Below, one piece after another: positions 25,372 through 38,232 of a stretch of DNA of 64,000 nt (positions within the stretch are counted from its first letter, which is position 1; every line of letters starts with the position of its first letter). The notes under the pieces are model-generated. The model was not told the DNA's origin and did no database searches. It saw nothing but the letters and a program-made list of their open reading frames with translations. Both the position numbers and the translations under genes were made by a program. This DNA is from Octopus bimaculoides (lineage: Eukaryota). The stretch spans positions 40,272,178 to 40,336,177 of the forward strand of contig NC_068991.1 of assembly GCF_001194135.2 (NCBI RefSeq). The letters run 5' to 3'.

Positions 25372-25560
25372 GTTGTTTAGCCCCTGATGAACCTTGAATG
25401 AGAAGGCTCATGATCTCAGGAGGTTTTTAAGCTGTGGCCATTCTGTTTACAGATATAGTATATCTAGGAGCACATTATCCAGTTTGTCCTTTGTTTTTTT
25501 TTTGGTGGGTGGAATGGTAGGATGTAATTTGAGAGAGATTTGCTTACTATTTATGGTTAC
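25372..25560 (-). mobile_element. Dispersed repeat fragment (family C)
   Basis: gttgtttagcccctgatga... related to 4350 and 49687 copies. Confidence 0.45.
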
Positions 25561-26938
25561 TGCTGCATAGAGGTTTGTCATTGGCTTGTTATTTTTAAGT
25601 TTTATTGTATTGCAGAACAAACATGTCTTCCTGTTGTACTAAAAATAATATGCATGTTTACATAGTGTGGTTATTTGTTGAACTGTTCACCTATACTTTA
25701 GAGATATTTCTGGCGGCAAATAGATTCTGATAAAAAAATGTAGTTTACATTTGACTTCACATTTTTTTATGTTTCATTGCTGTTGAATTTGGATTTAAAA
25801 AAAAAATTTTGTATACTTGCAGAGGTAGGATTGTCTGAGTAAATGATTCTACAATTGGATACCCTTCCTACTACTTATCATTCTTTCTAAAGTTGATGTG
25901 AAACTTGTTTTAATACTTAGTAAGTTGGTGCCAGTAATACATAATGTAGTAATCTTATATCTTATTTATGCAACATTTTAAAGCATTATGATTGAACTAC
26001 TGATGTCATGTGCCTGTATGTGTATATTATTTATGTTCCTTAATTCATTTTTTTTTTTTAAATCATATTTAATCCTTACATTTTAGGGGTCTCTGAAAAT
26101 ATTCTCTTTTGCAAACATGTTTGTTAGTTATCAATATTTGTTGATTTCTTTTATAATTTAATAGCTAAATTTGAAAAATCTGTTGTGAGATTCATGTAAG
26201 GATTAATAAGATTTATATATATTTAGTTTTGAGCTTCTGAAAGGATCAAAGCAATGTTTTATGTTATTGCTTTTTCAAATAATGTTATTTATCTGTACAT
26301 AATATATTAACATTTGATCTGTTGCCATAATATGACACATTTTAACTGTTAATATTTTGTATCTCTATCATCAATCATTATTCTTCTCCTTTAATTTCTA
26401 CAGTGTATGCATCATATTAAGAAAGTCCCTAAACTATAAACCCTTTGCTTTAATCATGCTCACATCCTAATACTTATGTCTTTGTACCTTTACTGTTAAA
26501 CCAAAAGCTGATAAAGCCTGGCATTCTACTCTTATCCCAAAGAAATGTTAAAGTGTTATATGAAATGATCATGAATTCTGCATATGCTTTTCACAAACCA
26601 TGAATAGGTGAAGCATGTAGCCATTAACCTCAAAAGATCGAAATGCTGATATGGGATTTAGTTTATTGATCTTTAGCTACCACAAATTCTGTGATTTAGA
26701 GAAATAAAACTGGAGCTAAAACAATTTCAGATGATTATTAGAGGGAAGGATGAAGCAACAGTTAATTTTATGTATTCTTGTGATAAGGTTGTGAGAACTG
26801 ATTGATTATGGATTCTTTTAAACTCTTGCTACATAGCTTTAGAGTTAAGGTGTAGATAGTTGAAACCAATTTGCCAGTATCTTATGAATCCCTTCTAATG
26901 GTTACACCTTTTGATGTTCTTTGATTTATCTTCAATAG

Positions 26939-26988
26939 AGTTAAAAGGAAAGCACTGCCTGAAACATGTGAAGAATGGCATGTCAAAG
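26939..26988 (+). other. Candidate 50-nt exon (VKRKALPETCEEWHVK, or ELKGKHCLKHVKNGMSK)
   Basis: ttcaatag acceptor, aag|gttaga donor, two open frames. Confidence 0.2.
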
Positions 26989-28992
26989 GTTAGAGTAGTT
27001 TATACTTGCACTTTAAAAGAATAAATAAATAAAATAAATAAAGAATAAGCAAAATTGCTTTAAATGTACTGTTTGAAGTAGACATTTTTCTTGCCTGAAG
27101 AAAATGCTTTTGAGAACATGCCAAAGATTATAAATGTTATACAAAACAAGGTTGAGAATAAAAGAAGACTAATAAAAGAATTTCTAAATTCTTTTTTTTT
27201 TTTTAAATAGAATAAACACTTCTTAGAATTTATTTTGAGGAATACATTTCACAAAGAATAGAGTGTGTATAAAAATAAGAAAGATTGGTAGAGGGAGCAG
27301 TTCCTGTTATACACAATGCTACAGTGATAATTAGGTTAATGTCACTTCACTTGTGTAACATAAATGACTACTATTGAACAGCAACTATAGTAGTGCCAAT
27401 ATAATGGTAACTAAGAAGCTACAGCTTAAGTTATTGCTCTCATATAATTGTGTCACCAATTAACTTGAATATGGTTTCATCTACTTAGTTTGAACAAAAA
27501 AAAAATGCATTCAAGATTTTGCTGGAACAAGTTTAATATTTCCCTAACACATGAAATTTAAGCACTGTAACGAAAACTTTAAAAGCTGTCTATGGTGAAA
27601 CAATGAACTGCTTAGTTCAAAATAAGTACTTTATAATTCTTTAAAGACACAGGAACTTTAATCTTTTATCATTCTAAACAAAAATTCTAAGATCATACTG
27701 CCAGAAAGTTTAAGGACAAGTAAGGTTGAGTAAAAATTATGGAGAATTTAGAAAAAAAATCTACTGTTAGACTGAATTTGAAATTTTCAGGTATAAAGTA
27801 GTTTATAGTGAGATGTCTAGAACATGAAGCAAGTCTGGAGAAAGTGTATTTTTAATATAATTTATTGACTTGTAAATATATTTGGAGTTGCTAGCAGTAA
27901 TTATAAGGTTGTAGGTTTAGATTTGCTGTTTCTTTTTCATGGAAAATCAAGATACTTTCACATGAGACTTGTGAAAGTCTTTACTGCAAATATAATCAAA
28001 TTCTTAGTCTATTACCTTCATCAAGTAGTTGAATGAATATTAATTTAAATGGAAATTAGTTTTATTTCTGTAACTTTATTTCTGCATCTTTACAATTTTG
28101 CTTTAATCAAAGCATTTTTCATATTACTTTTCACTTTAAATTTAACATGCATTTAAAAAATTTATGAAGAGGTCCAGCTCTCTGAAGGATAATGACATAA
28201 GTAGAGATATAAATGCACAATATAAACACTACAGTATTATATCTTATTAAAAAATTCAGAACAACTAGAAATTCCTACACTGGCTTTTCTATAAAATTTG
28301 TTGTTGAATCTGTAAGGTCTCTATAATGAAAATTTTAATTCTTCTTTTCCTTGTAAACAATAAATTTATAATTGTCAGCAATTAACATTTTTTGTCACCA
28401 AAAATGATGAGACCTTTTTAACATGACTGGTTTCCTCTATATATTCTTGAAAATAAACTCTAAAGCATAGCACCCTAGCTGACAATACCAGACAAATAAG
28501 TTCATATCTGCCTCCAGATCTGTGATGTATCCATGGCCCAAACACTAAAATTTGAAAGGCCAAGTCCACTTAGTGTTTTAAAATGTGCCACAAACACTGT
28601 AGCTCATAGATATAATTCGTGGCAAATTTGTTGTTGGTTTGCAGTACTAAATTCCATTTACTCCAGCAGTTAAGGTTACCTACCTGTAATAAGCCTCCAT
28701 TCTATCAAATGGAAGATCTTGCTTTCATCTGCTTCCTTTTATAGAAACTGAAATTGAGCATTGGTCTAGTAAAACCAAATGAAAAAAATAGTTTCATTCA
28801 TTGTTCATATAAAATGCATTTATAAGAGATCTCTTATGCCAGAAAATAAGTACCGTTTCAAAAAATGGTTGGTGCTAACAATGCACATATGTGCTGGCAA
28901 ACAACAGTTCTTAGAACTGGAAGACTTATTTAATATCAAAGTTGTAAATAATGCATATTTTATGAATAGTGCTTTTAAGATATACAAACACA

Positions 28993-29037
<45 letters not shown>

Positions 29038-29116
29038 TAGGCCAAGAAAATGGGATGTTTCATGAATTGTCTGCCTTTGCTACACAAGGGCAAGCTATGG
29101 TTCTTTGATCTCTATA

Positions 29117-29177
<61 letters not shown>

Positions 29178-30405
29178 TTTGTTTGTGTAGTACACACAAA
29201 CACATTGCTTGAGCAGCCATTAATGATTTAACTTTGTTTAGAATAACAATTTTCTATCTGATGGTACATTAATATTAATCTACCATTGTACCTTAAATGA
29301 GTATTTCTCAGTTTAGCTAAAATACATCTTATTTTATGAAGCAAACAGACCAGTTCTACTTTGTGTCAGCAGCAAATGTTCTTCATGCTAGAATGTAGGA
29401 TTGTAGTTCAGTTGTTTGTTTCAAGATATACCATGAGATTAGCCATTTCTCTGAGCAGAACTGGTTGGGTGGGACTATATAAATTATGCAAGTTTACTCA
29501 GCATTTTATAAATACAGAAAACAGTTTGGTAGTGACTTATTTGTTTTGTGCTTTTTTTTTTTTTTAAACTGTGATATTAAAGTCACTTAATATTTTTACA
29601 GCTGAATGCTCTTCCTAATTAGTTGTTCACTTAACAATGGAGTGAGCTCAGCTAAGTAGACTAAAACAAGCCATGCTGGTGGCAATTCTGTTCTTTTTTT
29701 TTTTTTCTTTGTTGTCATATGTGAAACCATAGTGATTATCTCATTTACTTCAGCAAGTACATTGGAGTCCATGCTTTGCTGATGAGAGCTTAATAAAATC
29801 AAACATGTTTGGAGATGTTCCTTGATTATACAGTAATAGTTAAAATCATTGATTGTGAGGCTTAGCATTTGAGCAATTTTTAAGGTTTTAATTTTGTGTT
29901 GTTGATATAAATAGGTGCAAGACTGTTCCTTTCAGCCAACTTCAAAATTTGGGATCTGAGGCACCTTGCATTGCAATGGTGATAGGACATCTGTTAGTAA
30001 CATCCTTCAAGTGATGTGTGTAGTGTTTCTCAATTATGCAAATGCAACACAGTTGGATGTGAACTACTATGAGACCATAAGCTTTGTTTGTGTTGATGCT
30101 TGGTGTTGCTTAGCCCCAGGTCAGCAGATCTATGATCTTTTTCATCTTAGCTCTGTTATGTCATATTGTCTTTTATTTCGACATAGTGCATTGAAGACTA
30201 CACTGTCTTTGAACAACAGCCGGTTGCCAGCTGACAGAAAATCTGTAAAGAAAAGGAGTTTCAGAGAATAATGTTACGAAGAAAGATTGGCAATGTAAGA
30301 TAAAGAGTGAAAGAGGAAATGATATCTAAGAGAATTTGAACTGAGACCTAAAGTAGTGGGTTGGTATTAAGGTGAATACTAAGTAAAGCACATTCGTGAA
30401 GATAT

Positions 30406-30459
<54 letters not shown>
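30406..30459. repeat. (TAG)18 microsatellite
   Basis: Direct reading. Confidence 0.95.
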
Positions 30460-31745
30460 GTAGGCCATCAACATCACATTTAGAAAGTTTAGGTCTTCAA
30501 GTGCATTACAGAAAAACAAAACCAGATTCTTACTGCCAAATTTTGCCATTCTCTGATGGATAGCTTGGCATGACCCCATTCATATGACAATAGTTATATG
30601 GAGTTTTGAGAGAAAGTGGTATTATTGGAGAGATAATGAATATTGAATAGAGTTAAGATGAGATAAATAGATGTTTGGTGGCATCAAGGAATACCTTTTT
30701 ATTCAAAATAAAGTTTGTAAGCCATCGCAGTAGCTGTGCAAAATATGCTTAGGTAATAAAAGGATACCTTTTTTTTCTTTTTACTTTTTTTATTAATTTG
30801 GTATTCTGATTATCAATATAAAAATTTTATAGAAAACATGATTATAAAAAGATTAGTAATGTGTGAAATGAAGGTAAGGTAACTGATAGAAAAATTAGAA
30901 TGGGTAAAAAATAGCTCTGGCAAACCTAAATTATTACATAAAACAAGAATATTGATTGTAGCTGTAGCAGTAAGACACCCATTATAGAGACTTGTGTGTG
31001 ATCAATAATCAGTCTGTATTATGTTTAGACCAGTTATTGTAGCCAGATTTCAGAGCTGTATACCAGACAAGAGGTCAGTATTTGTTCCAAAATATATCTG
31101 GTGAGGCTTCAGTTTTTCATCAATAGATTTTTGTAATATTATTAATATTTTCTACCATCAATTTGTTCTGCTCTTCAGCCTACATCAGTTATAGAAATAT
31201 TGGAACATATAGCTCTATCTTGTCTAAACAGTCTTTTCTGATACTATTCTCAAAAACCACATTTCTAATTTTCCTTTGAAATACATCAATTTATTACACT
31301 ACCAGGTATCCTTAAAAGCTGCAGGGGCTTCTGATATATAAATTTTTCTTTATATTTTCTCTTCCCCCAAAATCTAACCTTCTTGTTTCTACATATTCTA
31401 CTTAATTCCTTCTCATGTCTTCAATACTTCAGTTAAAACCTGTTTTTTGCTTGTGAATACATACCTGTGGTTCATAATTTTTCTTTGTGATAACCCATTC
31501 CAGCTTTCCAAAAGGTTGAAAATAAAAGGATTTCATCTAATGAACCCATATTGCATAAATTTATAAAAGTGCTGGAAATCTGTATATTTATTTATGCCTA
31601 TTAGCAATTGATAACCAAACTTTAAACTGAGGCTTGTTTATCATTGTTTATGGAATAATGATGGTTTCACAATATGAAAATTTTTAGGATCTTCAAACTG
31701 GATCTTGACTTGCACTGTGAGAATTATTGCTGTAGATCAACTTCC

Positions 31746-31784
<39 letters not shown>

Positions 31785-32011
31785 GGCAGCGAACTGGCTG
31801 AATCATTAGCATTGCCAGGCAAAATGCTTAGTGACATTTCATCTGTTTTTACATTCTGAATTCAAATTCCACTGAGGCTGACTTTGCCTTTCATCCTTTC
31901 AGGGTCAATAAATTAAGTGCCAGTGAAACACTGGGATCAATTTAACCGACTAGTCCACTCCCCCAAAATTTCAGGCCTTGTACCTTTAGTAGAAATGATT
32001 ATTATGATGAT
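31785..32011 (+). mobile_element. tRNA-derived SINE, family A (first of tandem pair), preceded by (TTA)n
   Basis: ggcagcgaactggctgaatcattagc head to gattattatgatgatg tail. Confidence 0.85.
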
Positions 32012-32012
32012 G

Positions 32013-32270
32013 AAGGCAGAACCATTAGCATACATTAGCAGAACCATTACCAGTGAGCTGGCAGAACTATTAGCATACTGAGCAAAATGCTTAGTGGCAT
32101 TTCAGGTCTTTACATTCTGAGTTCAGATTCTACCATGATTGATTTTGCTTTTCATCCTTTCAGGATCAATAAAATAAGTCCCAGTTGATCACTGCGGTCA
32201 GTATAATCAACTAGTTCCTTCCGCCAAAAGTTCAGACCTTGTGTCTGTAGCAGAAAGGGTTATTATTATT
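32013..32270 (+). mobile_element. tRNA-derived SINE, family A (second of tandem pair) with reiterated head
   Basis: gcagaaccatta twice, then gagctggcagaactattagc; (TTA)n tail. Confidence 0.8.
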
Positions 32271-33103
32271 TTACTTGCTGGATCTGGAGGAAAAGACAAT
32301 ACACTTAGCCTTCACATGTGTTCTGAAACTGGTGAGATTGATACTATTAATGCTCTGCTTAAATTGTTGCAAGTCAGCAACTGAAGGCAAGACATGAACA
32401 TGGAAGGAATTTCAGACATATCTGACATTCAGGGGAAGAAGGATTGGGAACAGGAGTTAGTGCAGAGCTTTTGATTAGATAGGGATGTTTTTCCAATTCA
32501 TTTCTCATATATTTGCTCTCAATAAATAATAATCTCAGTTTCATTATATGTTTCTCTTTATATAACTAAAATTAAAATAAGTCTTGTAGCATGTAACTTT
32601 ATCAATTTTAAAATCAACCAATTAGAAAGCTTCAATACAATTGCTCAAACAGTTTGAAATAGCAACCAAATCTTCAAATCGCATCCTATGATTTTAAAAA
32701 GTGGCACTTGTCATCTACATAGAAGTAAACAACACCTGCATTTTAAAGCAGTTTTTTTAATGTCATTTTTCAAATAATCATACATTTATGGACAATATTC
32801 TTTGAATACTAGCCTTTAGTACATTGTATTCTCTCTCTCTTCTACTGCTGCTGCTGTTGCAACAGTTTCTGCTTTTCTGAAATGGCTAGTTGATAACACC
32901 ATCTAAAATATTTACCAGAATAATAGAATAGTTTAAGGTAGTAGTGAGGTGTTTTGCTCTTTTCTTAGAAAATGCTTTAACCCGTTAGCAAATAGAATGC
33001 ATTGTTTGGACTTAATCAGGCATTATCTCAACTTCAAGATTTCAGTGATGTGTTTGTTTATTTTTTAAATGACATTGTACAGTTGAGAGACTAGACCTGA
33101 CCA

Positions 33104-33340
33104 TACAGTTCTATATTTAAGAGATGAGGAATTATGTACATTATTCACATTAGACAGATATTTGTCCTCATCTTGTTTGTTGTTAACACATTTCAGCTGA
33201 TATACCCTCCAGCCTTCATCATATGTCTTGGGGAAATTTTGAACCTGGGTTCTCATTCCTAATGTATTTTTCGATGTTGTTGTTGTTATTACTATTATTC
33301 AGGTCACTGCCTGGAATCGAACTCAGAATCTTGGGGTTGA
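33104..33340 (-). mobile_element. tRNA-headed SINE carrying a hammerhead-like motif
   Basis: B-box GAGTTCGATTCC (33324-33313); body contains atgatgaaggctg...cagctgaaa. Confidence 0.65.
33186..33227 (-). ncRNA. Degenerate type-I hammerhead-like motif
   Basis: ACAT ATGATGA A GGCTG-gagggtatat-CAGCT GAAA TGTGT; C3 and stem III/cleavage triplet are not intact. Confidence 0.4.
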
Positions 33341-34837
33341 TCACAATAATACGTTAATCTCCTAAAAATAATGTTACATTTCCATCTAAACTTCTTTGAT
33401 AATTCTAGATTATATTTTGTTTCTTTGGATTGAAATTTAGCTGTGAAACAAATTAAACACTTTTATTGGAGCAACCAGTACTCAAACCTACACCAGAGAT
33501 AAAACAAAAATAAAATCTTACCAACATACCCAAAATTCTTTCAAAATACCCAAAAGCCTCTTTGCTGCACATATTCAGCAGGGTTATATTTCAGTTATGA
33601 CTTTTCTTCAATGAATCCTCCACCCCACTTCAATTATGCATCTCTTTTTCAATTAAGGCATTAACTGCTCCTCTCCTTTTAAAGTACCGAATATTTTGAT
33701 GTCTATTCTATGATGGGTCCTCACCTCTTCCCATACACACATACCTACACATATAAACCACACACACATATGCATATCCTATCAAAGGGAAATTATTTCT
33801 ACTGAAGAAACAGTTATGCTGGACTGTGCCAACAAACCATGCTTTCTGCTCTTTGATCTGAACTTCTTACATTCCTGTTAATAATATTTTAGGGGTTTTT
33901 CTTTTATTTAATCTTCTCATCATTTTCTTTCAATTTCTTCAAATGAAAACTCATCAGTTGAACTAATACAACACAAAATTTGCATTAATTTTATTGACTA
34001 AAATAAAATCTTTTATATAATTTTGGTGATCCCTTTTTAATATGAAATTTGGCAGACCAACAAAGCAGTCACATTTCCCTCAAACCATATAACCATCATC
34101 TGGATAATGTTGTCTTTGGTAACCATAAAAAGATAGGGTCTCAGCTGGAAAACCTTAGATCATAGTCTAAACAACAAATGGGTGTGATTATTTTTCTAAT
34201 TGATTAAGGATGAAAAAAATTGATCAACTTTAGCAGGATTTGATCTCAGAACATAATTGTCAACCAGCTTGTGTAATGAACTGTTTTCTATCTTAACTGC
34301 AAACCCTTACTATTTTCTATCATTGACTGTCTCTCACACACAGCAAAGGAGAAATCACACATAATCATGGTTATTGTAGGGAGTTTTCTCACATAAACAT
34401 GATAATATATAATTAAACGAAACAATCACTTTCTCTAGTAATGAATAATCTGTGTATTTCTTACCAGTTAGAAATAAGTTCATTCTAAAGAATTACTATA
34501 CATAGCCCTTGGCAAAGTTTGCAAGAGCTAATCAAGAAAACGACTGTAACAGCAAGGTGCTGATCTATGTGCTTTAATATACAAATTTACAATCCTCCTT
34601 GCACAGGAATCAAATATCAACATTCATTAAGGAGCAATAAAATAAGTTTCAATGATAATAAATTAATATTTTACCAAAAGTACTTCAAACATGTAGGATT
34701 CAAACAACATTAATTATGTTGCTTATCTTTAGTCCAGTGTGTTGTGTATGTGCATGCTGTGTGGTAGGAGTTTCAGTTTTCTCCCTACTAATTTTTAAAT
34801 AATGAATCTATAACTCTATACATGATTATATATTTCC

Positions 34838-35050
34838 ACACTGCATGGATCTGTGGTTAAGAAATGTACTTCCCAACATGGTTTTGTGTTCAGTTCCACT
34901 GTACGCAAGTATCTTCTACTTTAACATCAGGTTCATTAAAGCTTTGTGAATGGATTTGGTTGTCAGAAGTCAAAAGAGACTTTTGTGTGTGTGTTTTGGG
35001 GCTTCCTAGTTTTGACATCTTATGTAATAGTTGTAAACGAATGTTTTTAG
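34838..35050 (+). mobile_element. CORE-type SINE fragment
   Basis: ctgtggttaagaaatgtacttcccaacatgg...ttcagttccactg...aagtatcttctact. Confidence 0.55.
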
Positions 35051-35121
35051 GGTAATACAAGTATAAAACATGCTCATATGCATACTGACATCAACCTAAT
35101 TATGTCCCTTTCTAAAATAAG

Positions 35122-35123
<2 letters not shown>

Positions 35124-35174
<51 letters not shown>

Positions 35175-35240
35175 NNNNNNNNNNNNNNNNNNNNNNNNNN
35201 NNNNNNNNNNNNNNNNNNNNNNNNNNNNNNNNNNNNNNNN

Positions 35241-35273
<33 letters not shown>
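35124..35273. repeat. (CT)n microsatellite spanning N gap 35175-35240
   Basis: Direct reading. Confidence 0.95.
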
Positions 35274-35275
<2 letters not shown>

Positions 35276-36019
35276 GCAGTTAGGGTTAGAGATTGGTTGG
35301 TTTGTTAACCTTATCTTGACTCAAGGTAGTCTTTAATCATCTTTTCATGCCAATTTTTACATATATATTTGTTTGGGTTGGGATGAACTGGAAATTCACA
35401 GGGTTGAGTGAGCTATCTCCTACACCATTACAGTGAAGACATGCATTAATTTTAATAGTATTTAACCTTTATTCTATAATTATTTTCCCTTTGAAACTCT
35501 GTATCACTTGTCCAAACAGTTTATTAACACATTTGTGAATAATCAATCACTTTGAATAAACACTTACTAATGCTTAGTTTGTTTTTTTTTTAATCAAAAT
35601 TTCAATAAAATTTTCAACAATATAGAACAAAGACCGTTTAAGATGGTGGTAAAATAATTTTGTTCATTTCAGAATATATCATTTTTCAAAACAGTATAAA
35701 ACTTTTTGAGAGAACAATGAAATAAAAAACAAGTAAAACAATGAGAATACTAAAAATATAAAAATTTAAATACATAAAAAATGTTAAAGACCAAAATAAA
35801 AAAAAATTCACATGCAGAAAACAATTGAAACATAAGTTATTATTATTTAGCCTCAAACAGGCCCTAAAGAGTATCCCCTATAATGGAAGATGTTTTGGTC
35901 ATGACTGACTTGTCTTATTTTGAGATAAGTTTACATTATATTAGCTTATTTTTAAGAAATTAGGATCTGTTTCCAGGTTGGTTTGACTACTCTATTTCTG
36001 GCGGGTTACACATCTATAG

Positions 36020-36440
36020 AGAGTCTTCCTCACTGTTGACCATGCACAATGTTACCTGGCAGGTGTTAATAATCAAATATTGGATCACTTCACTTAACAT
36101 GTTGTGAACAATTTTTGTAGTTTCTTTTCCAGATCACCAGGGTCAGCAAATTTACTGTAATTAGCATGGCATCCTAGATAAGATATAATGTTTATGACGT
36201 CAAAACTCCAGAAACTAATTTTTCTTTGCAATAAAGACCTTATGAGTGCAGTATATATCCAAATTTTGGTGCTTTTCTTTGATGGTTTTAGTAGAATATA
36301 TTGTTTAAATTTTAAATGACCCTTGTAAGCAATCATAACTTCTTCAATGAGACCTTCCAGGAATGTATTTAAAATTAGTTCATGATATTCACAAAAGATT
36401 GTATGTTAGTAAGTTTATCATCTCCAGGACTGATCTTCTG
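36020..36440 (-). pseudogene. piggyBac-family transposase remnant
   Basis: PGDDKLTNIQSFVNIMN (DKLxKIRP block), LIEEVMIAYKGHLKFKQYILLKPSKKSTKIW (IDExMxxxKGRxxFKQYxxxKPxKxGxKxW block) and CAWSTVRK (YACGTVRK block); frameshifted, catalytic D read as E. Confidence 0.75.
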
Positions 36441-36506
36441 TTAGTACCATGCATCATCTGACATTTGTTGTCCCAGCTATGATTTTGTATTAATATAAAT
36501 ATATAT

Positions 36507-36626
36507 NNNNNNNNNNNNNNNNNNNNNNNNNNNNNNNNNNNNNNNNNNNNNNNNNNNNNNNNNNNNNNNNNNNNNNNNNNNNNNNNNNNNNNNNNNNNNN
36601 NNNNNNNNNNNNNNNNNNNNNNNNNN
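36507..36626. other. Assembly gap (120 N) inside (TA)n
   Basis: N run. Confidence 1.
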
Positions 36627-37414
36627 TATATTTGTCCTATCTGTAATTTCTGTATGAGATCTAGCAGCTGTCCTGAAAGCTTGGAAATGTTTACACCTTG
36701 ATGTCAATCACTGTTAGTTTATATATATATATATTTATATATATATATATATATATATACATACACATTTTGTCTCCAGTTATAGTTTCATTGTTGCTGA
36801 CATCACAAGTACCAATGTCTCTGCTACAACAAAATTAAAACATTTTTCCCTCAGTATTTTCAATATACTGAGAGAGAGAGAACCTTTAAATTTGACCTTG
36901 GGTGTAGTTGATGTCAATCACGTATCATATGTCACTATTGAAGATCATGTGAGAAAAATCACTCAAACTAGGTATTATATACTAAAATTGCATGACAAAC
37001 ATTACAAATAATAATTGTGAAATGGTTTTCTAATGGTCAGTATAAGAAATTTCCATGGCAGTTCAATATATAAATCAATAAAATATTGTTTCATAAGCAA
37101 GAGAACGATCCCAAGATATCTCATGTTTGATTGTCATCAAGCATATATCTTGAAAGTGTTTTCATGAGTTATTTCTGTAACAGCTATAATATTGGAATGA
37201 TACCTGTACACTGATTATTGCTTAGCGTTTTTGAGTGTACTGTCTCTTTGATTTCTTTAGTTTCCTAAAGAAACACCTTCCAAAGTAATGTAGGCAGGGA
37301 ACAAAACAGGGTCTGCTCAAAATGCTCACAGCAATGAAATCTATTAACAGCACTAAAGAACCAAGTAGTAGTGTTTAGTACATGTTTGTCTTGGAAAGAT
37401 GCTTATAGAGTCCT

Positions 37415-37643
37415 TTAACCCTATTTGCATTTAAACCAGCCATGTCTGACCCAAATATTCTACTTGTTTTATGTTCAAACAGACCAGATCCAACCTCTCA
37501 CACTTTGCCTACAATGTCACTCTAAAAATAAACAATCACATAATTGAAATCTTGAAGTTGTGGGCTAATTCAGGATTAATTCAAAACAATGTAAATAAAT
37601 AAGCATTACAATCGATGGAATAATCTGAATACTAAAGGGTTTA
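37415..37643 (-). mobile_element. piggyBac-type MITE, family P1
   Basis: ttaaccctatttgcatttaaaccagcc...tctgaatactaaagggttta, reverse of the + copies. Confidence 0.75.
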
Positions 37644-37844
37644 GGATTTTATCTCTACTTCACGGTACTTGGATGGATAACGGTTTCTTGAGCACATTGA
37701 GAAGCATGGCTAAGCCAGTGAAGACAGAAGTCAATTCTAAGTGCTAACTACAAGGGTACCTGGTTGTTGTTTAACAAATAAATGATTAAGTTGGCTAATA
37801 TTTTAAATGGGAATCATGATGATTCTGCATAATTTTGTAGCATA

Positions 37845-38006
37845 GGTGCAGGAGTGGCTGTGTGGTTAGTAGCTTGCTTACCAACCACATGCTTCCGGGT
37901 TCAGTCCCACTGTGTAGCACCTTGGACAAGTGTCTTCTACTATAGCCTCGGGTCGACCAAAGCCTTGTGAGTGGATTTGGTAGATGGAAACTGAAAGAAG
38001 CCTGTC

Positions 38007-38041
<35 letters not shown>

Positions 38042-38232
38042 TGTACCCCCACCATCGCTTGACAGCCAATGCTGGTGTGTTTATGTCCCCATAACTTAGT
38101 GGTTCAGCAAAAGAGACCGATAGAATATGTACTAGGCTTACAAAGAATAAGTCCAGGGGTCGATTTGATCGAGTAAAGGTAGTGCTCCAGCATGGCCTCA
38201 ATCAAATGGCTGAAAGAAATAAAAGAATAAAA
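37845..38232 (+). mobile_element. Near full-length CORE-type SINE with internal (TA)n
   Basis: tRNA-like head ggagtggctgtgtggttagtagc...ggttcagtccc, CORE gcaccttggacaagtgtcttctactatagcctcggg, 3' body to aaataaaagaataaaa. Confidence 0.9.

Noticed and set aside
21241-26988. Splicing 21241-21265 to 26939-26988 as consecutive coding exons
   Set aside because: The junction TG|A creates an in-frame TGA, so the candidates do not form one consistent CDS
29596-29868. 90-aa minus ORF with poly-Lys
   Set aside because: Poly-Lys comes from a T homopolymer; no homology recognised
33930-33970. Minus-strand TTCAA CTGATGAG...GAAA TTGAA
   Set aside because: No G10-C11 stem II closure and no stem III or cleavage triplet
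37095-37260. YLMFDCHQAY...IGMIPVH resembling a pogo DDE block
   Set aside because: Only two loose motifs with stops and frameshifts; not enough support
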